A DNA stretch of 64,000 nt from Nitrospirota bacterium (GCA_963751455.1 CAVVUN010000003.1:128001-192000); one strand, 5' to 3'; shown: positions 27,701 through 39,494, counted from the first letter of the stretch. Notes: generated by a model not told the origin, from the letters alone. Program-made: numbers and translations.

Positions 27701-29620
27701 ATGTTCTCAAAAAACAGGTTCCGTATTCTCTATCTTTTTTCAGCAGTCTTCCTGGCTCTATCCTTTTTCATCAGAACCGCCCTGTTTATCAGGGCACTTC
27801 CCGGAGTGGACCTGAGCCTGCTCCTCTCCCTGAAGATCTACGGAATGGGACTGTTGTACGACTGCGCCGCCCTGACATATTTCACCATTCCCTTTGCTCT
27901 TTATCTTACCGTTGTACCCGTAAAGATTTTTGAGCACAGGCTTCATCGGCCGTTCGTTCATACTGTCTTCGGTCTTGTACTCTACCTTCTCTTGTTCAGC
28001 GCCGTCGCAGAGTATCTGTTCTTTGACGAGTTTGGAACGCGGTTTAATTTCATAGCCATAGACTACCTTGTCTATACCCGCGAAGTTATGGGCAATATCA
28101 GGGAATCATATTCGCTGAACCACATCCTTGCTGGGATTTTTCTGGCGACAATGGCTTTCTACCTGGTCATCCGAAAGCAGATCGACCTCTCTCTCAAAGT
28201 ACAGGCCGACAGCGTGATCCGGAGGCTGAGGTACTGCGCGGCCTTTGTTCTGCTGACCGTAGCTTCATTTGTTTTTGTAGACCAGTCATGGAGAAACATA
28301 TCACATAACAGCTATGCCAATGAGCTTGCGGGAAACGGGATCTATGATCTCTTCGCGGCCTTCAGGAACAGCGATCTTGATTATCAACGATTCTATTCCG
28401 GGACGAACGAGAAAATAGCGCTTGCACATCTCGGCGAACTGCTGCGTGAGAAAAACAACCACAAAGTCACCGGCGACATGCGGGACGTCGCGAGAGAGAT
28501 CTCAAACCCCGGCAAAGAAAAGAAGCTTAACGTGGTCGTTATTGTAGAAGAAAGCCTGAGCGCTGAGTACCTCGGTGTTTTCGGCAGTACCCGCGGCCTT
28601 ACGCCAAATCTCGACAAGCTCGCTAAAAAATCGCTGCTCTTTACCCATATCTACGCGACAGGTACGAGGACCGTGCGAGGTCTTGAGGCAATCACTCTCT
28701 CCCTGCCGCCCCTGCCCGGCACATCCATCATTAAGCGGTCGAAGAATGAAAACTTCTTTTCCTGGGGCTCGCTTATGAAAACAAAGGGGTATGACACGAA
28801 GTTCATCTACGGAGGCTACGGGTATTTCGACAACATGAATTACTTCTTCAGCCATAATGGATTCGATATCGTGGATCGAAGCGACTTTGCTGAGGGCCAG
28901 ACAACCTTTGCCAACGCCTGGGGGGTCTGCGACGAAGACCTGTTCAAAAAAGTCATCCAGGAAGCGGAAAAATCACATAACGCAGGGAAACCTTTTTTCA
29001 GCATGGTCATGACCACGTCGAATCATCGGCCATACACCTATCCGGACGGGAAGATAGAAATCGCATCAGGCACTGGTCGCAGCGGGGGTGTGAAGTATGC
29101 GGACTATGCAATCGGCCGTCTTATCGAAAAAGCCAAACAACAGCCCTGGTTTAAAAATACCGTTTTCGTCATCATCGCCGACCATTGCGCAGCAAGCGCC
29201 GGAAAAACCGATTTGCCGGCAAAACGCTACGAAATTCCGATGCTTGTGTATGCGCCGTCGCACCTGAAGCCGGGAAGGGTCGATAAAATGGCCAGCCAGA
29301 TCGACGTGGCGCCTACGGTCCTTGGACTCCTCAATATGAGCTATCGCACGAAATTTTTCGGGAAAAACGTTTTGAAGATGGAGCCTTTTCAGGAGCGGGC
29401 ATTCATATCGACCTATCAGAAACTCGGATTCCTTAAAGATAATGTCCTGATCATTTTGAGCCCCGGGAAAAGCGAACATGCGTACCGTGTCAATCGGTCA
29501 GATGGCAATATGCGGGAAGTTCAACCTCCCGAGCGTATTTTGAACGATGCCATTGCATACTATCAGGGTGCTGACTTCCTCGTCCGCACGCGGTTAAACA
29601 AAGTCGGCGCCCGGGATTAA
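27701..29620 (+). CDS. LTA-synthase-family (sulfatase/phosphoglycerol transferase) membrane protein
   Basis: N-terminal TMs, VEESL, GTRTVRGLEA, TTSNHRP, ADH. Confidence 0.9.
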   Translation: MFSKNRFRILYLFSAVFLALSFFIRTALFIRALPGVDLSLLLSLKIYGMGLLYDCAALTYFTIPFALYLTVVPVKIFEHRLHRPFVHTVFGLVLYLLLFSAVAEYLFFDEFGTRFNFIAIDYLVYTREVMGNIRESYSLNHILAGIFLATMAFYLVIRKQIDLSLKVQADSVIRRLRYCAAFVLLTVASFVFVDQSWRNISHNSYANELAGNGIYDLFAAFRNSDLDYQRFYSGTNEKIALAHLGELLREKNNHKVTGDMRDVAREISNPGKEKKLNVVVIVEESLSAEYLGVFGSTRGLTPNLDKLAKKSLLFTHIYATGTRTVRGLEAITLSLPPLPGTSIIKRSKNENFFSWGSLMKTKGYDTKFIYGGYGYFDNMNYFFSHNGFDIVDRSDFAEGQTTFANAWGVCDEDLFKKVIQEAEKSHNAGKPFFSMVMTTSNHRPYTYPDGKIEIASGTGRSGGVKYADYAIGRLIEKAKQQPWFKNTVFVIIADHCAASAGKTDLPAKRYEIPMLVYAPSHLKPGRVDKMASQIDVAPTVLGLLNMSYRTKFFGKNVLKMEPFQERAFISTYQKLGFLKDNVLIILSPGKSEHAYRVNRSDGNMREVQPPERILNDAIAYYQGADFLVRTRLNKVGARD

Positions 29621-29851
29621 TAATATCGTTTTGCTCTCAAGAAAGCCCTTATTTGCGGAGGGCCAGCGCCTTCTTGTGCCTGCCGGTTAGTTAATCTCTG
29701 ATAGAGGCTGCAGCAAGGATTGACTCTTGCTCAATTCAGCTCCGTTTCCCTCTAATCTGAACAGAAAATGTTTTTATTTCCCATATTTATATTGACTTTG
29801 ACTTTCCCAAAGTGCTAATATTTTTACAACTTTAGTTCTGAAAGGGTCTTC

Positions 29852-31144
29852 GTGGCAGGCGAAAAAATTCTGAACATCGATGACAGTCCGACGGTCCAGA
29901 AATTGATCGAGATGATCCTGTCGTCTCAGGGCTACCAGGTAATTCTTGCCTCCGATGGGGAAGCCGGCATTGCCAAAGCCAAAGCGGAAAAGCCGGCCGT
30001 CATCCTTGTTGACTTCGTCATGCCGAAGATGAACGGCTTTCAGGTCTGCAAGACCCTGAAGGAAGACCCGGATTTCAAGGATACGCCGATCATTCTCGTT
30101 ACCTCCAAGGGTGACACGGTAGGAAGCAAGTTCGTGGACGTCCTCGGCATCACCGAGTATTTTACCAAGCCATTTCAGCCTGAAGAACTGCTCTCGAAAA
30201 TACGTGAAGTAATCGATAAAAAGCAGGCGCCTGCCGTTCAGACTGCCCGAAGCGGGGAAAAGAAAACATCCGCCGCTCCGATAGCGGCGTCAGTGCAACC
30301 CTCATCAACTGTGCCTCAGGGACTTGAGACCATGGTTCGTGAACTCGTCGAAAAGATTCTCGATGAGTTTGTAAAAAAATCCTTGCCCGAGCTGGTACGG
30401 CTTGAACTGGGCAAAACACAAACACAGCAGCACGTAGGGATTCAGGGTGACCTGTCAAGTTTTCGGATTGTTGAAGTCATGCAGATGCTGGGGCTCCAGC
30501 GCCAGACCGGCAGGCTCGCAATCACAAGGACAAGCGACGGGGCCGAAATCTATTTCAGCGAAGGCGCGATTGTCTATGCAACCTCGGTCTGCGACCGGGT
30601 CAAGGGAGGGCTTGAAGGACTGCTGAAAGTCACCTGCAAACTGCAGGAAGACAGCTGGCGGCATGTCGAGCGGATAGCGGAAATGACCGATCAGCCGATA
30701 GATACGATACTGGCCCAGGAAAGGCTGCTCGATCTTCGCACCTTCGCCGACAGCCTGAGGCGTCATACCGAGTCGGCTGTGTACAAAGCGATGGCGTGGC
30801 GCGACGGAGAATTCATTTTCGAGAAGAGCGCGCCGCCGAAGTTTTCGGCACCGCTCCATCTCAAGGTGGATGACCTGCTGCTCGAGGGAGCCCGGCGTGC
30901 CGATGAATGGACGCTTATCCAGCAGAAGATACCGGACTTCAACATGGTTTTCGATCCTATGATCGGCAACGCGGAAGAACTCACAACACGGGGCATGAGC
31001 GATGTGGACTTGAAGGTCTTTTCGCTCATCGACGGCAGACGAACAATCCAGAATATCATAGACCAGTCTTTTATCAGTGAGTTCGATGTCGCAAAAAGCA
31101 CGTTCATACTGCTGTCGGTGAACCTGATAAAGAAAAAAAAATAA
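29852..31144 (+). CDS. Response regulator with DUF4388 (PatA-like) domain
   Basis: N-terminal receiver. QGDLSSFRIVEVMQML...TGRL, LLLEGARRADEW. Confidence 0.82.
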   Translation: MAGEKILNIDDSPTVQKLIEMILSSQGYQVILASDGEAGIAKAKAEKPAVILVDFVMPKMNGFQVCKTLKEDPDFKDTPIILVTSKGDTVGSKFVDVLGITEYFTKPFQPEELLSKIREVIDKKQAPAVQTARSGEKKTSAAPIAASVQPSSTVPQGLETMVRELVEKILDEFVKKSLPELVRLELGKTQTQQHVGIQGDLSSFRIVEVMQMLGLQRQTGRLAITRTSDGAEIYFSEGAIVYATSVCDRVKGGLEGLLKVTCKLQEDSWRHVERIAEMTDQPIDTILAQERLLDLRTFADSLRRHTESAVYKAMAWRDGEFIFEKSAPPKFSAPLHLKVDDLLLEGARRADEWTLIQQKIPDFNMVFDPMIGNAEELTTRGMSDVDLKVFSLIDGRRTIQNIIDQSFISEFDVAKSTFILLSVNLIKKKK

Positions 31145-31305
31145 GCCGCTTGAGAGCATGAATGGACTTCACAAATTCGCCGACTCGAGGGGCCCGACAC
31201 GGGGCGCCTGCGAACAGAACCGCCCGTAATAAAAGGAAAACTTGACACAACAAAAGAAATATGTTAGTTTTTGTTTTAATTGCTTCTTGAAAAAGGAGAA
31301 CCAGA

Positions 31306-31665
31306 ATGGCCAAAATACTCATAGCAGACGACAGCTTGGCAGAGCTCCAGATATTTCAGCAGGCGCTCCAGCCTTCAGGCCATACGATTGTTTCCGTCAT
31401 GGATGGTGAAGCGGCGGAACAAAAGGTCAAAACCGAGAAAATCGATCTGATCATTCTTGATGTCATCATGCCCAAAAAAAACGGGTTTCAGGTATGCCGG
31501 GACATCAAGAGCAATGACCAGTTCAAGAACATACCGATCATCATGGTAACTTCAAAAGATCAGGAGAGCGATAAGTTCTGGGGAATGAAACAGGGCGCCG
31601 ATGAGTATTTAACGAAGCCGTTCAAGCCTGAAGACCTGCTCAAGGCCGTTAAAAAATACATCTAG
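31306..31665 (+). CDS. pilH: Single-domain response regulator, PilH-like
   Basis: KNGFQVCR, SKDQESDKFWGMKQGA signature. Confidence 0.8.
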   Translation: MAKILIADDSLAELQIFQQALQPSGHTIVSVMDGEAAEQKVKTEKIDLIILDVIMPKKNGFQVCRDIKSNDQFKNIPIIMVTSKDQESDKFWGMKQGADEYLTKPFKPEDLLKAVKKYI

Positions 31666-31674
31666 CCCTGGAGG

Positions 31675-32175
31675 GTGCCCGTTTTGGCCGAAATCGACAA
31701 TGGCGTCACCGCCGATGCGATCACTGTTTTGCCGGAGGAGACAATACGGGTTTGCCTCTTCACGATGGGCGAGGACATCTATGCCATCCCGGTCGAGGCG
31801 CTGACCGAAATCATCATCTCCCAGAAAATATTTCCTGTTCCTACCACACCTACCCACGTTCTCGGCGTCATTAACCTGCGGGGCAATATTATTCCGATCG
31901 TCGATATACGGCCCGCGCTTGCTTTGCCGGGGCAGTCTACACCCTCCCAGATAGCGATTTTGAAACAAGGTCCGCTTACGCTCGGCATTGTCGTCGACAA
32001 TGTTTCCGAAGTGATATCGGTCCCCGCTAACAACTTCCTTGCCATGCCGGCGAATGCGTCGGGTCAGGGCGAAAAAGGCCAAAGCCGTTTTATAAAGAGC
32101 ATCATTCAACGGGAAGAAGGCGCGGCCGCCCTTCTCGATATTGAAAAAATTTTAGACGAGATAAGGCTGGAATGA
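31675..32175 (+). CDS. cheW: CheW (PilI-like) adaptor
   Basis: VP..P.HVLGVINLRGNIIPIVD, GIVVDNV. Confidence 0.9.
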   Translation: MPVLAEIDNGVTADAITVLPEETIRVCLFTMGEDIYAIPVEALTEIIISQKIFPVPTTPTHVLGVINLRGNIIPIVDIRPALALPGQSTPSQIAILKQGPLTLGIVVDNVSEVISVPANNFLAMPANASGQGEKGQSRFIKSIIQREEGAAALLDIEKILDEIRLE

Positions 32176-32251
32176 ACAGTTGACAACACGGGGGACCGCC
32201 GCAGCGCGGCGTCTGCGCTGAAATAATATCGCTATAAAGGAGTAGAATCCT

Positions 32252-34117
32252 ATGAAGATCAGAAATCCATTTTACCGGCTGAGCATCAGGACAAAGATCG
32301 TGATGACGATCATGAGTATGTCCGTGATTTTCGGTTCGGGCATCCTGGCATTCATATACTTCCAGATTCAGGCAACCCTCAGGGAAGAGGCGATCAACAA
32401 GACGCTCATTCTGGCAGACGGTCTTAGCGTGAAAGCGGCGGAACCGGTTCAGGTCGAGGATCTTAATTCGCTCCAGTTCATCCAGGGCGAAGCAATCAGC
32501 CAGCCGGACGTCGCTTATTGCTTCATCCGGGACGGCCGGGGCCGGGTCATGTCGTCCTCGTTCGAAGGAAACGCGGTACCTGTCGTGCTTCAGACGATCA
32601 ACGCGCTCAAACCCGGAATGCCGTTCGCAACAGAGCACGCGACCATCAGGCTGAAGGATAATCCGATCGAGGTCATCGACATTGCTTCACCGATCGCAAG
32701 CGGCACGCTCGGCAGCGTGCACGTCGGGCTCAATATGACCAAGATAAAGCAGGACATCAGACAGATGCTCTTCTTTATCATGGTCGTGGGAATCGTTGCG
32801 CTGGTAATTCTATCCGGTGTTTCGCTCGTTCTCTCCGCTCTGACGATCAATCCCGTAAAGGACCTCATGAAAGTAGCCGAAGCGCTTGGCCGCGGCGATC
32901 TTTCCATGAAGGCTCATGTGAAGACCGGAGATGAACTCGGCCAGCTCGGCGATACCCTGAACCGTACGATCGACCGCCTGCAGGGCCTTATCCAGACGGA
33001 AAGCGACCGGGACAAGATGCAGCATCAGGTCATGGATCTTCTCTCCGTGGTGAGCACCGCCGCCGAGGGAGACCTTACGATCAAAGCCGAAGTGACCGCC
33101 GATGCACTGGGCTCCGTGGCTGACGCCTTCAACCTCATGATCACCGGTCTTACCAGCCTTGTCGCACAGGCAGGAAACGTGGCGACTGAAATACAGAGAT
33201 CCACATCGGAAATTCTGCACTCCTCGGACCGCATGCGTATCGGCGCCGTGCAGCAGGCCGACCAGATCCGAACGGCTTCCGATGCCGTGAATACCATGTC
33301 CAGCACAAGTCAGCGGATGGCGCAAAACGCCGAAGCGGCCACCCAGACATCGCTAAAGGCCACCCAGGCGGCGGTCAAGGGCGGCGCGTCCGTGACCGAG
33401 ACGATCAAAGGCATGCAGCGCATCCGCGCTACAGTGCAGTCTACCGGTAAGAAGATCAAGGGTCTGGGTGAACGGTCGCTTGAAATCGGCGCCATCATCG
33501 AAGTGATCAACGAAATCGCCACGCAGACCAACCTGCTTGCGCTGAACGCCGCAATCGAGGCTGCGCGCGCCGGAGAGCAGGGCAAGGGTTTTGCCGTCGT
33601 CGCCGACGAAGTCCGGAAACTCGCTGAGCGCGCGGCCCGCGCAACCAAGGACATCACCGGCCTCATCAAGGGCATCCAGGTTGAAACAAGCGAGGCTGTG
33701 ACCGTAATGGAAGAAGGAACCCGTGAAGTGGAGGAAGGCACGAAGCTGGCCGACCAGGCTGGAGCCGCGCTTCGCGAGATCGAGCAGATCGTCAAGCAGA
33801 CAGCCGGTCTCGTGACCGACATTACCAGTGCTGCCGGCGACCAGGTTAAAATGACGGAGAGCGTGGCGAGTTCCATGGACAGCATCCTCAAGCAAACCCA
33901 GGAGACGTCACACGGGGTCCAGGAAACAGTGGCGACGATCGGCAAGCTGGCCGAGCTGTCGAAGCGGCTCACCGATGCCATCGGTAGATTCAAACTGGGC
34001 AAGGATTTCATCCAGCATCCGGTCGAAACCTCTCTTCCCGCCCTCGAAGCATTTCCCGCAATTGCGGATCACGTGACGACCAGCGATGAAGAGATCAAGC
34101 TCGGGTTCATCGAATAA
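32252..34117 (+). CDS. Methyl-accepting chemotaxis protein (PilJ-like)
   Basis: Two TMs, HAMP domains, [48 protein letters not shown]. Confidence 0.92.
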   Translation: MKIRNPFYRLSIRTKIVMTIMSMSVIFGSGILAFIYFQIQATLREEAINKTLILADGLSVKAAEPVQVEDLNSLQFIQGEAISQPDVAYCFIRDGRGRVMSSSFEGNAVPVVLQTINALKPGMPFATEHATIRLKDNPIEVIDIASPIASGTLGSVHVGLNMTKIKQDIRQMLFFIMVVGIVALVILSGVSLVLSALTINPVKDLMKVAEALGRGDLSMKAHVKTGDELGQLGDTLNRTIDRLQGLIQTESDRDKMQHQVMDLLSVVSTAAEGDLTIKAEVTADALGSVADAFNLMITGLTSLVAQAGNVATEIQRSTSEILHSSDRMRIGAVQQADQIRTASDAVNTMSSTSQRMAQNAEAATQTSLKATQAAVKGGASVTETIKGMQRIRATVQSTGKKIKGLGERSLEIGAIIEVINEIATQTNLLALNAAIEAARAGEQGKGFAVVADEVRKLAERAARATKDITGLIKGIQVETSEAVTVMEEGTREVEEGTKLADQAGAALREIEQIVKQTAGLVTDITSAAGDQVKMTESVASSMDSILKQTQETSHGVQETVATIGKLAELSKRLTDAIGRFKLGKDFIQHPVETSLPALEAFPAIADHVTTSDEEIKLGFIE

Positions 34118-34122
34118 ACGAT

Positions 34123-37029
34123 ATGGCAGCGCCATTCGATAAGTCAGGAATAATAGAGTTCTTCCTGGTTGAGGCTGGGGAGCACATTCAGAACCTCAAT
34201 AAAGGACTGTTGTCTCTGGAAAAGGACTCCTCCGACAGCTCCATGATAGATGAGCTGTTCCGGGCAGCGCACACCCTGAAAGGCTCAGCAGCCATGATGG
34301 GATTTCCGGGGATAAGCGATGTCGCGCACAAAGCCGAGGACATGCTTGGTCAATTCCGTTCCGGCACCCTGCCGATCCGGAAAGACACCCTCAATTTTCT
34401 TTTCGACAGCGTCGATGCGGTCAAGCTCATGGTCGACGGCGTCGGCGCGGGCAAGCCCGAAGACACCCTCGTTATTGAAAGCATCGCACAATCGTATAAA
34501 GACGTTGTGGAAAAGGTCAAAGTCTGCACCGCTGTCCGCCCGTGCAAAAACAGCCGCCCCCGCCTGCACCCAAGCCGCCGTCTCCCGAGGCCAAGGCTGT
34601 TCCGTCTCCGCCAAAGCCGTCTGTGCCCGTCAAGGGTCTTTCCGAACCTGCCGGTCAGAAGCAGGCCCCTCTCTCGCCGATGCCTTCGCCTGGGGCTATC
34701 CAGCCCGTTGTTGGCGTTCCCGCGACCGGGAAACCAGGCCATCGGGTACCCGGGTCCAAAGCCAAGGACGATCTGGACCTCGCGTGGGAAAAAACATTCG
34801 GTGTGGGTGAAGATGAGATTTTTGCCGTTGAACCTCTCACTGATAACCCGACAGACAGCAAGTCCAGACCGCCGGCTGCAGCGTCTTCACAATCTCCCGC
34901 CGTGAAGCCGGCTGTTGAAAAAGCGTCCCCTGCTCCAGCCGGAAATACCGCCCAAAAGACGCCTGCTACGCCGGGAAAAACGCCAGTCGAAAAAGCGGTT
35001 GCCTCTCCAATCAGCATAGCACCCGACAAGGCGACGGTAATGAAACCGCCAGATTCCATAGCAGCTCTCCCTGGAACGGAAACTACGCTCAAAAAGGAGA
35101 TCGATGACGCAAAGAAGATCGGTATTCAGGAAAAACGCGCCTTCGCCAGACGTGCAACGGATACCGCCGAAATAGAGAAGCAGTTTATCCGGGTCAATAT
35201 CGAGCGCCTCGACAACCTCATGAACCTTGGTGGGCGAAATGGTGGTCAACAGGAACCGCCTCGCGCGTCAGGTCGATTTCATCAAGACGCTGCGGGAGGA
35301 ACTCGCTTTCAGCCAAAACCGCCTGCTTCACGAAATCAAAAAGTTCGAGGAAAAATACGAGTATACGCTCAACTACGGCGTGGCGAACCCGGGTGTCGTG
35401 GAACATTCCAACGACTTTCTTGGAACTTGAATTCGACCGGTACGATGATTTCAATCTTTTATCCCGGAAGCTGACGGAGATCACGAACGATACAAACGAA
35501 ATCATGATGGAGCTCGCCGGCTTCTTCGACTCATTCGAGCTCGATACTGCCAGGATCTCAACGATCACCACGAACCTCCAGGACGAGATCACCATGGCGC
35601 GGATGGTCGAGGTGGATCGCCTCTACCAGTTGTTCCACAGGCCCGATCAGGGACATATCGCAGGAAGAAAACAAGCAGATCAACCTCGTGGTCTCGGGCG
35701 GCGAAACCAAAATAGACAAGACGATCTTCGAGATCATTTCCGACCCCTCATGCACATGATCAGGAACGCGATTTCCCACGGGATTGAACCGTCCGAGGAG
35801 CGCGTCAAACTGGGCAAGGAACCCGCCGGCGCTCTTATCCTGAATGCACGGCATGAGGGCAACAGCATAATTCTCACGATTGAAGACGACGGCCGGGGCA
35901 TGGATCCGGCGCTCCTCAAAAAGACCGCCGTTGAAAAAGGATTCATAGGGTCCGGCGAGGCGAACAGCCTGAGCGATGTTGAAGCCCTGAATCTCATCTT
36001 CCGGCCCGGCTTCTCGACAGCCAAAACCGTCGGTAAAATTTCCGGCAGGGGCGTCGGGATGGATGTGGTCTCGAACCAGCTTGCGAAAATCAACGGCAGG
36101 ATCGAGATCAAAACGGAAAAAGGCGTAGGCACGAAATTTCTCATCAGGCTTCCGCTCACGCTCGCAATTGCGCAGGCGCTGATCGTGAAGTTCAGGGACC
36201 AGGAGCTTGCCGTTCCGATGAACCTTGTCGAGGAAACTACGCGGTTTTCATTCAAGGAGATCCAGCGTGCCGCCGGAGAGGAAATGGTAAATCTTCGGGG
36301 CACGCTGATAAAGCTTCTGCGGCTGAACGACCTGCTCCGGTGCGGTAAATTCCCGAAAAAAGAAGATACGTTCCGGCATCCCACGTTGATCCTCGGGATG
36401 GCGGAAAAAAAGATCGCTCTTATGGTGGAAGACATCATCGGGCGTGAAGAAATCGTCGTTAAATCCCTTGGCGACTACCTGCGGGGAATCAAGATGTTTT
36501 CAGGGGCCACTATTTCGGGCGAGGGAAACGTCCGTCTTATCCTGAACATATCCTCACTGTTCGGGGAAGAGTCCGCGCATGCAACAAAGACAACCATCAT
36601 CGGCGGCCCGGGAACCGGCTGCGCCCGAGGCGGTCCGGCGCAAGCCGAAAGATTCTGGTCGTCGATGACTCCATCAGCATCAGAAAATATGTTCAGCGCT
36701 TCCTGGACCGGATGGGGTATGACGTTGAAGTGGCGCCGGACGGCATGGAAGCGCTCAATATCATGGGCCGGATAAAATTTGATGCCGTAATCAGCGACCT
36801 CGAAATGCCGGTCATGCACGGATACGACTTGATCGCCGAGATGAAGCGCAATCACGCCCTCATGAATATTCCGGTGATCGTTCTGACTTCAAGGGCGGGC
36901 GACAAGCACAAACAGAAGGCGATCGATATGGGGGCTCAGGACTATCTCGTAAAGCCCTTCGAGGAACAGGAGATGCTGAGCGCGCTCAAAAAACTGTTGA
37001 GCACGGCAGCCCTTGCGCATCGTATTTAA
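34123..37029 (+). CDS. cheA: CheA/ChpA hybrid kinase (Hpt-linker-dimer-HATPase-CheW-REC), broken by several frameshifts
   Basis: FRAAHTLKG, IRVNIERLDNLMNL, PLMHMIRNAISHGIE, SGRGVGMDVV, LPLTLAI and a C-terminal receiver are spread over about 5 ORFs in different frames. Confidence 0.85.
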
Positions 37030-37196
37030 ACCCAAGCATCAATTCATTCAGCCAGGCTCCATCTTTTGAGTAGCGCGCGGGGATGCCGGGTTTTGCTGTT
37101 TACTGGTGTTGAACGTGTTGCCTTAGTGCCGCATGAAGCAGGCTCGTATCCGAGCGTGAGCGGCAGATACCCGGATTGTTCCACACTTATTACACT

Positions 37197-37607
37197 ATGG
37201 ACGAAGGCACACGATTTCTGATATTATTACTTGACGGCGAGAGCTACGCGATCTCGATTTCACGGCTGCTTGAGATTACGGCATTGCGAGGCCTGCAAAA
37301 GGACCCGAACCTGACCGAGATGTTCGAAGGCAAGTTCGAGTTCAGAGGCAAATATATCCCGGTGTTGAACGTTAAAAAAATTTTTAAGCTTGGCGGCAAA
37401 CCGGGAACGGCACTCCTTGTAATCAAAGGCGCGAAAGGGGTGGTCGGCCTCCTTGTAGACGAGGTAACGGAGATCATAGATTCCGGTCAGAAGCCCGTTG
37501 CTGTGCCGCGGGGCGTGCTGAACCCGTCCTTGCTCTACTATGGAGGCATCCTGCGGCATAAGAACAGTTTAATTTTATTGTTAAACGAGGACGGGCTGCT
37601 CCCATGA
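37197..37607 (+). CDS. cheW: CheW-like protein
   Basis: GKFEFRGKYIPVL, GLLVDEV. Confidence 0.8.
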   Translation: MDEGTRFLILLLDGESYAISISRLLEITALRGLQKDPNLTEMFEGKFEFRGKYIPVLNVKKIFKLGGKPGTALLVIKGAKGVVGLLVDEVTEIIDSGQKPVAVPRGVLNPSLLYYGGILRHKNSLILLLNEDGLLP

Positions 37608-38051
37608 CGAGCAGTTTTCTGCTGTTTCTGCTGCATAGACGCCTCTTCGGCGTCCGTCTTAAGGGGGCAATTGAAATTGTGCCCTGGCGCCCTTTGCGCC
37701 CCGTCCCGTTATCGTATTCGTACGTTGAAGGCCTGCTCGATTACCGGGGAACCATTTACCCGGTTCATAACCTGGGTAGGTTGCTCGGTCTTGCAAAGAC
37801 CGTAGCTGGGGATGGCGGCGATCAGAAGGGCGGCTCTCCCGCAGGACAGAGTATAATTCTGCTCGAGGAAAACGGCCTCCCATTCGGCATTGTCGTGGAC
37901 ACCGTCCTCAAAATGACAAAGCTCGAAGAGCCCTCTCCCGCGCCCGAAAAAGTGCGGGACATGGATCCCGAAATATGTTAAAGGTATTGTGAACGACGAG
38001 GACCAGGAAATAATGATTCTCGACATTGAAAGGTTGCTTCATGCCGGTTAA
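37604..38051 (+). CDS. cheW: CheW-like protein (one frameshift near 37970)
   Basis: VEGLLDYRGTIYPV, FGIVVD. Continues in another frame as KYVKGIV...ILDIERLLHAG*. Confidence 0.75.
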
Positions 38052-39189
38052 GATTTTATTAGCGGACAAAAGCATCACCATCCAGAAGGTGGTCGAGATG
38101 CTTTTTTCAGGAAAAGAATATGAAGTGGTTTCAGTGAGTGACGGAGAAGCGGCGCTCCGCGAAGCGGAGCGGATCGTACCGGACGTAGTGCTTGCCGATG
38201 TCGACCTGCCTCGTCTCGACGGATACAGCTTTGCCACCCGGCTGAAGCAGTTAGCGTCTACTGCCAAAACACCCGTGATTCTTATGATGAGCCGCGACGA
38301 TGTGCTTGATGCGGCCAAGGCGCAGCAGGCAGCGATCACCGATCACATTGCGAAACCCTTTGAATCCCAGGACCTCATCGGCAAAGTAAAAAAGGCGATC
38401 GGGTCCATGCCGGCGCGGCCTGCGGAACCTGAAAGCCAGCGAACCGCGGCGGCAAAAAATGCGCGTCTGCCCGAACCGGCTGTATCTGCGCCTTCAGCGC
38501 CTCCGAAACAGCCGGCCAGGCCGAAGCAGTCTCCGGCCGCCGATATCTTTGACATTATCAAGGAAGCTCCCTCGAGTGCGGATCTTGCGCGCGCAACGCC
38601 GTCCATGGCCACCGAAGAAAGCGTGTATGAGGTTGAACCAGTGGTTGAGGTCGAGGAGCCGGCGGCCCGCGAAATGGAGCGTGCGCTGCCGATCGGCAGG
38701 AAAGCAATGGAGGAAATGCGGGCAGGCCTGGGCCTCGCCGAGGATACGGAGACCCTGGAACCCGAAATCGTCAATTTTGAGTCCGTCGCCATGGCCTCAG
38801 GATCTTTTGCCGAGAAGATGAAAGCCAGACCGCAGGCGGCCCGACCGGAACAGGCGCCGCACATATCGAGCATGCCGGAGGCAAGAGAATATATTCCACC
38901 CCCGCCCGAGCCCGAAACGGCCCTCGGATCGCCCGTGTCTGAAGAGAGGCTGCAGCGCATTGCCGAAGAGGCTGCTTCCCGGGCCGCGCATCAATACTTC
39001 AACAAAATGGCCATCCAGCCGCCGAAGATTTCAGAAGAAACGATACGACGGGGTATTGAAGATGCGGTGTCCAAAATTGCGCGCGAAATTGCCCGCGAAG
39101 TGATCGAAAAAGTGGCCTGGGAAGTCATACCGGACCTTGCCGAGATGCTTATCAAGGCGGAAATCGAGAGGCTCAAGGCAGAGACGTAG
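38041..39189 (+). CDS. romR: RomR-like polarity response regulator
   Basis: Receiver ending KPFESQDL, Pro/Ala-rich linker, C-terminal IEKVAWEVIPDLAEMLIKAEIERL. Adjacent to valS, as in Myxococcus. Confidence 0.75.
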   Translation: MPVKILLADKSITIQKVVEMLFSGKEYEVVSVSDGEAALREAERIVPDVVLADVDLPRLDGYSFATRLKQLASTAKTPVILMMSRDDVLDAAKAQQAAITDHIAKPFESQDLIGKVKKAIGSMPARPAEPESQRTAAAKNARLPEPAVSAPSAPPKQPARPKQSPAADIFDIIKEAPSSADLARATPSMATEESVYEVEPVVEVEEPAAREMERALPIGRKAMEEMRAGLGLAEDTETLEPEIVNFESVAMASGSFAEKMKARPQAARPEQAPHISSMPEAREYIPPPPEPETALGSPVSEERLQRIAEEAASRAAHQYFNKMAIQPPKISEETIRRGIEDAVSKIAREIAREVIEKVAWEVIPDLAEMLIKAEIERLKAET

Positions 39190-39191
39190 AA

Positions 39192-39428
39192 CCAAATCCC
39201 AAGATCCAAGCACCGCCCTGCACTCGTTTATGGCCGTGTTTTGGCAACAGCAGGCTACGGCAAGCGCTCGTAACCGCACCCTGCATTCGCGCAATGCACT
39301 CATGAACGCTGGGCGCAGGCTGGGTGCATGCAAATCCCAAATAAGCTCCAAATGTCAAAATTCAAAAATGTTTTGAATTTTTGGAAATTGGAATTTATTT
39401 GGGATTTGTAATTTGATATTTGTAATTT
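39192..39428. repeat. Composite intergenic palindrome: heptamer (AAATCCC/TTTGGGA-type) repeats plus an inverted pair of ~50-bp units
   Basis: CAAATCCCAAATAA (39331) pairs with TTATTTGGGATTTG (39395). AAAATTCAAAA/TTTTGAATTTT. GCACC...GGTGC-bounded insert at 39210-39327. Confidence 0.7.
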
Positions 39429-39494
39429 CAAAGCAGGGGACTTGTTCCCCTCTTTTATTTAGACATCACGATGCCTTAAAGGAGACCCGTATTC

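Noticed and set aside
39190-39494. T-box riboswitch upstream of valS
   Set aside because: No T-box consensus (GGTGGNACC) or recognisable specifier stem. The region is repeat-derived.
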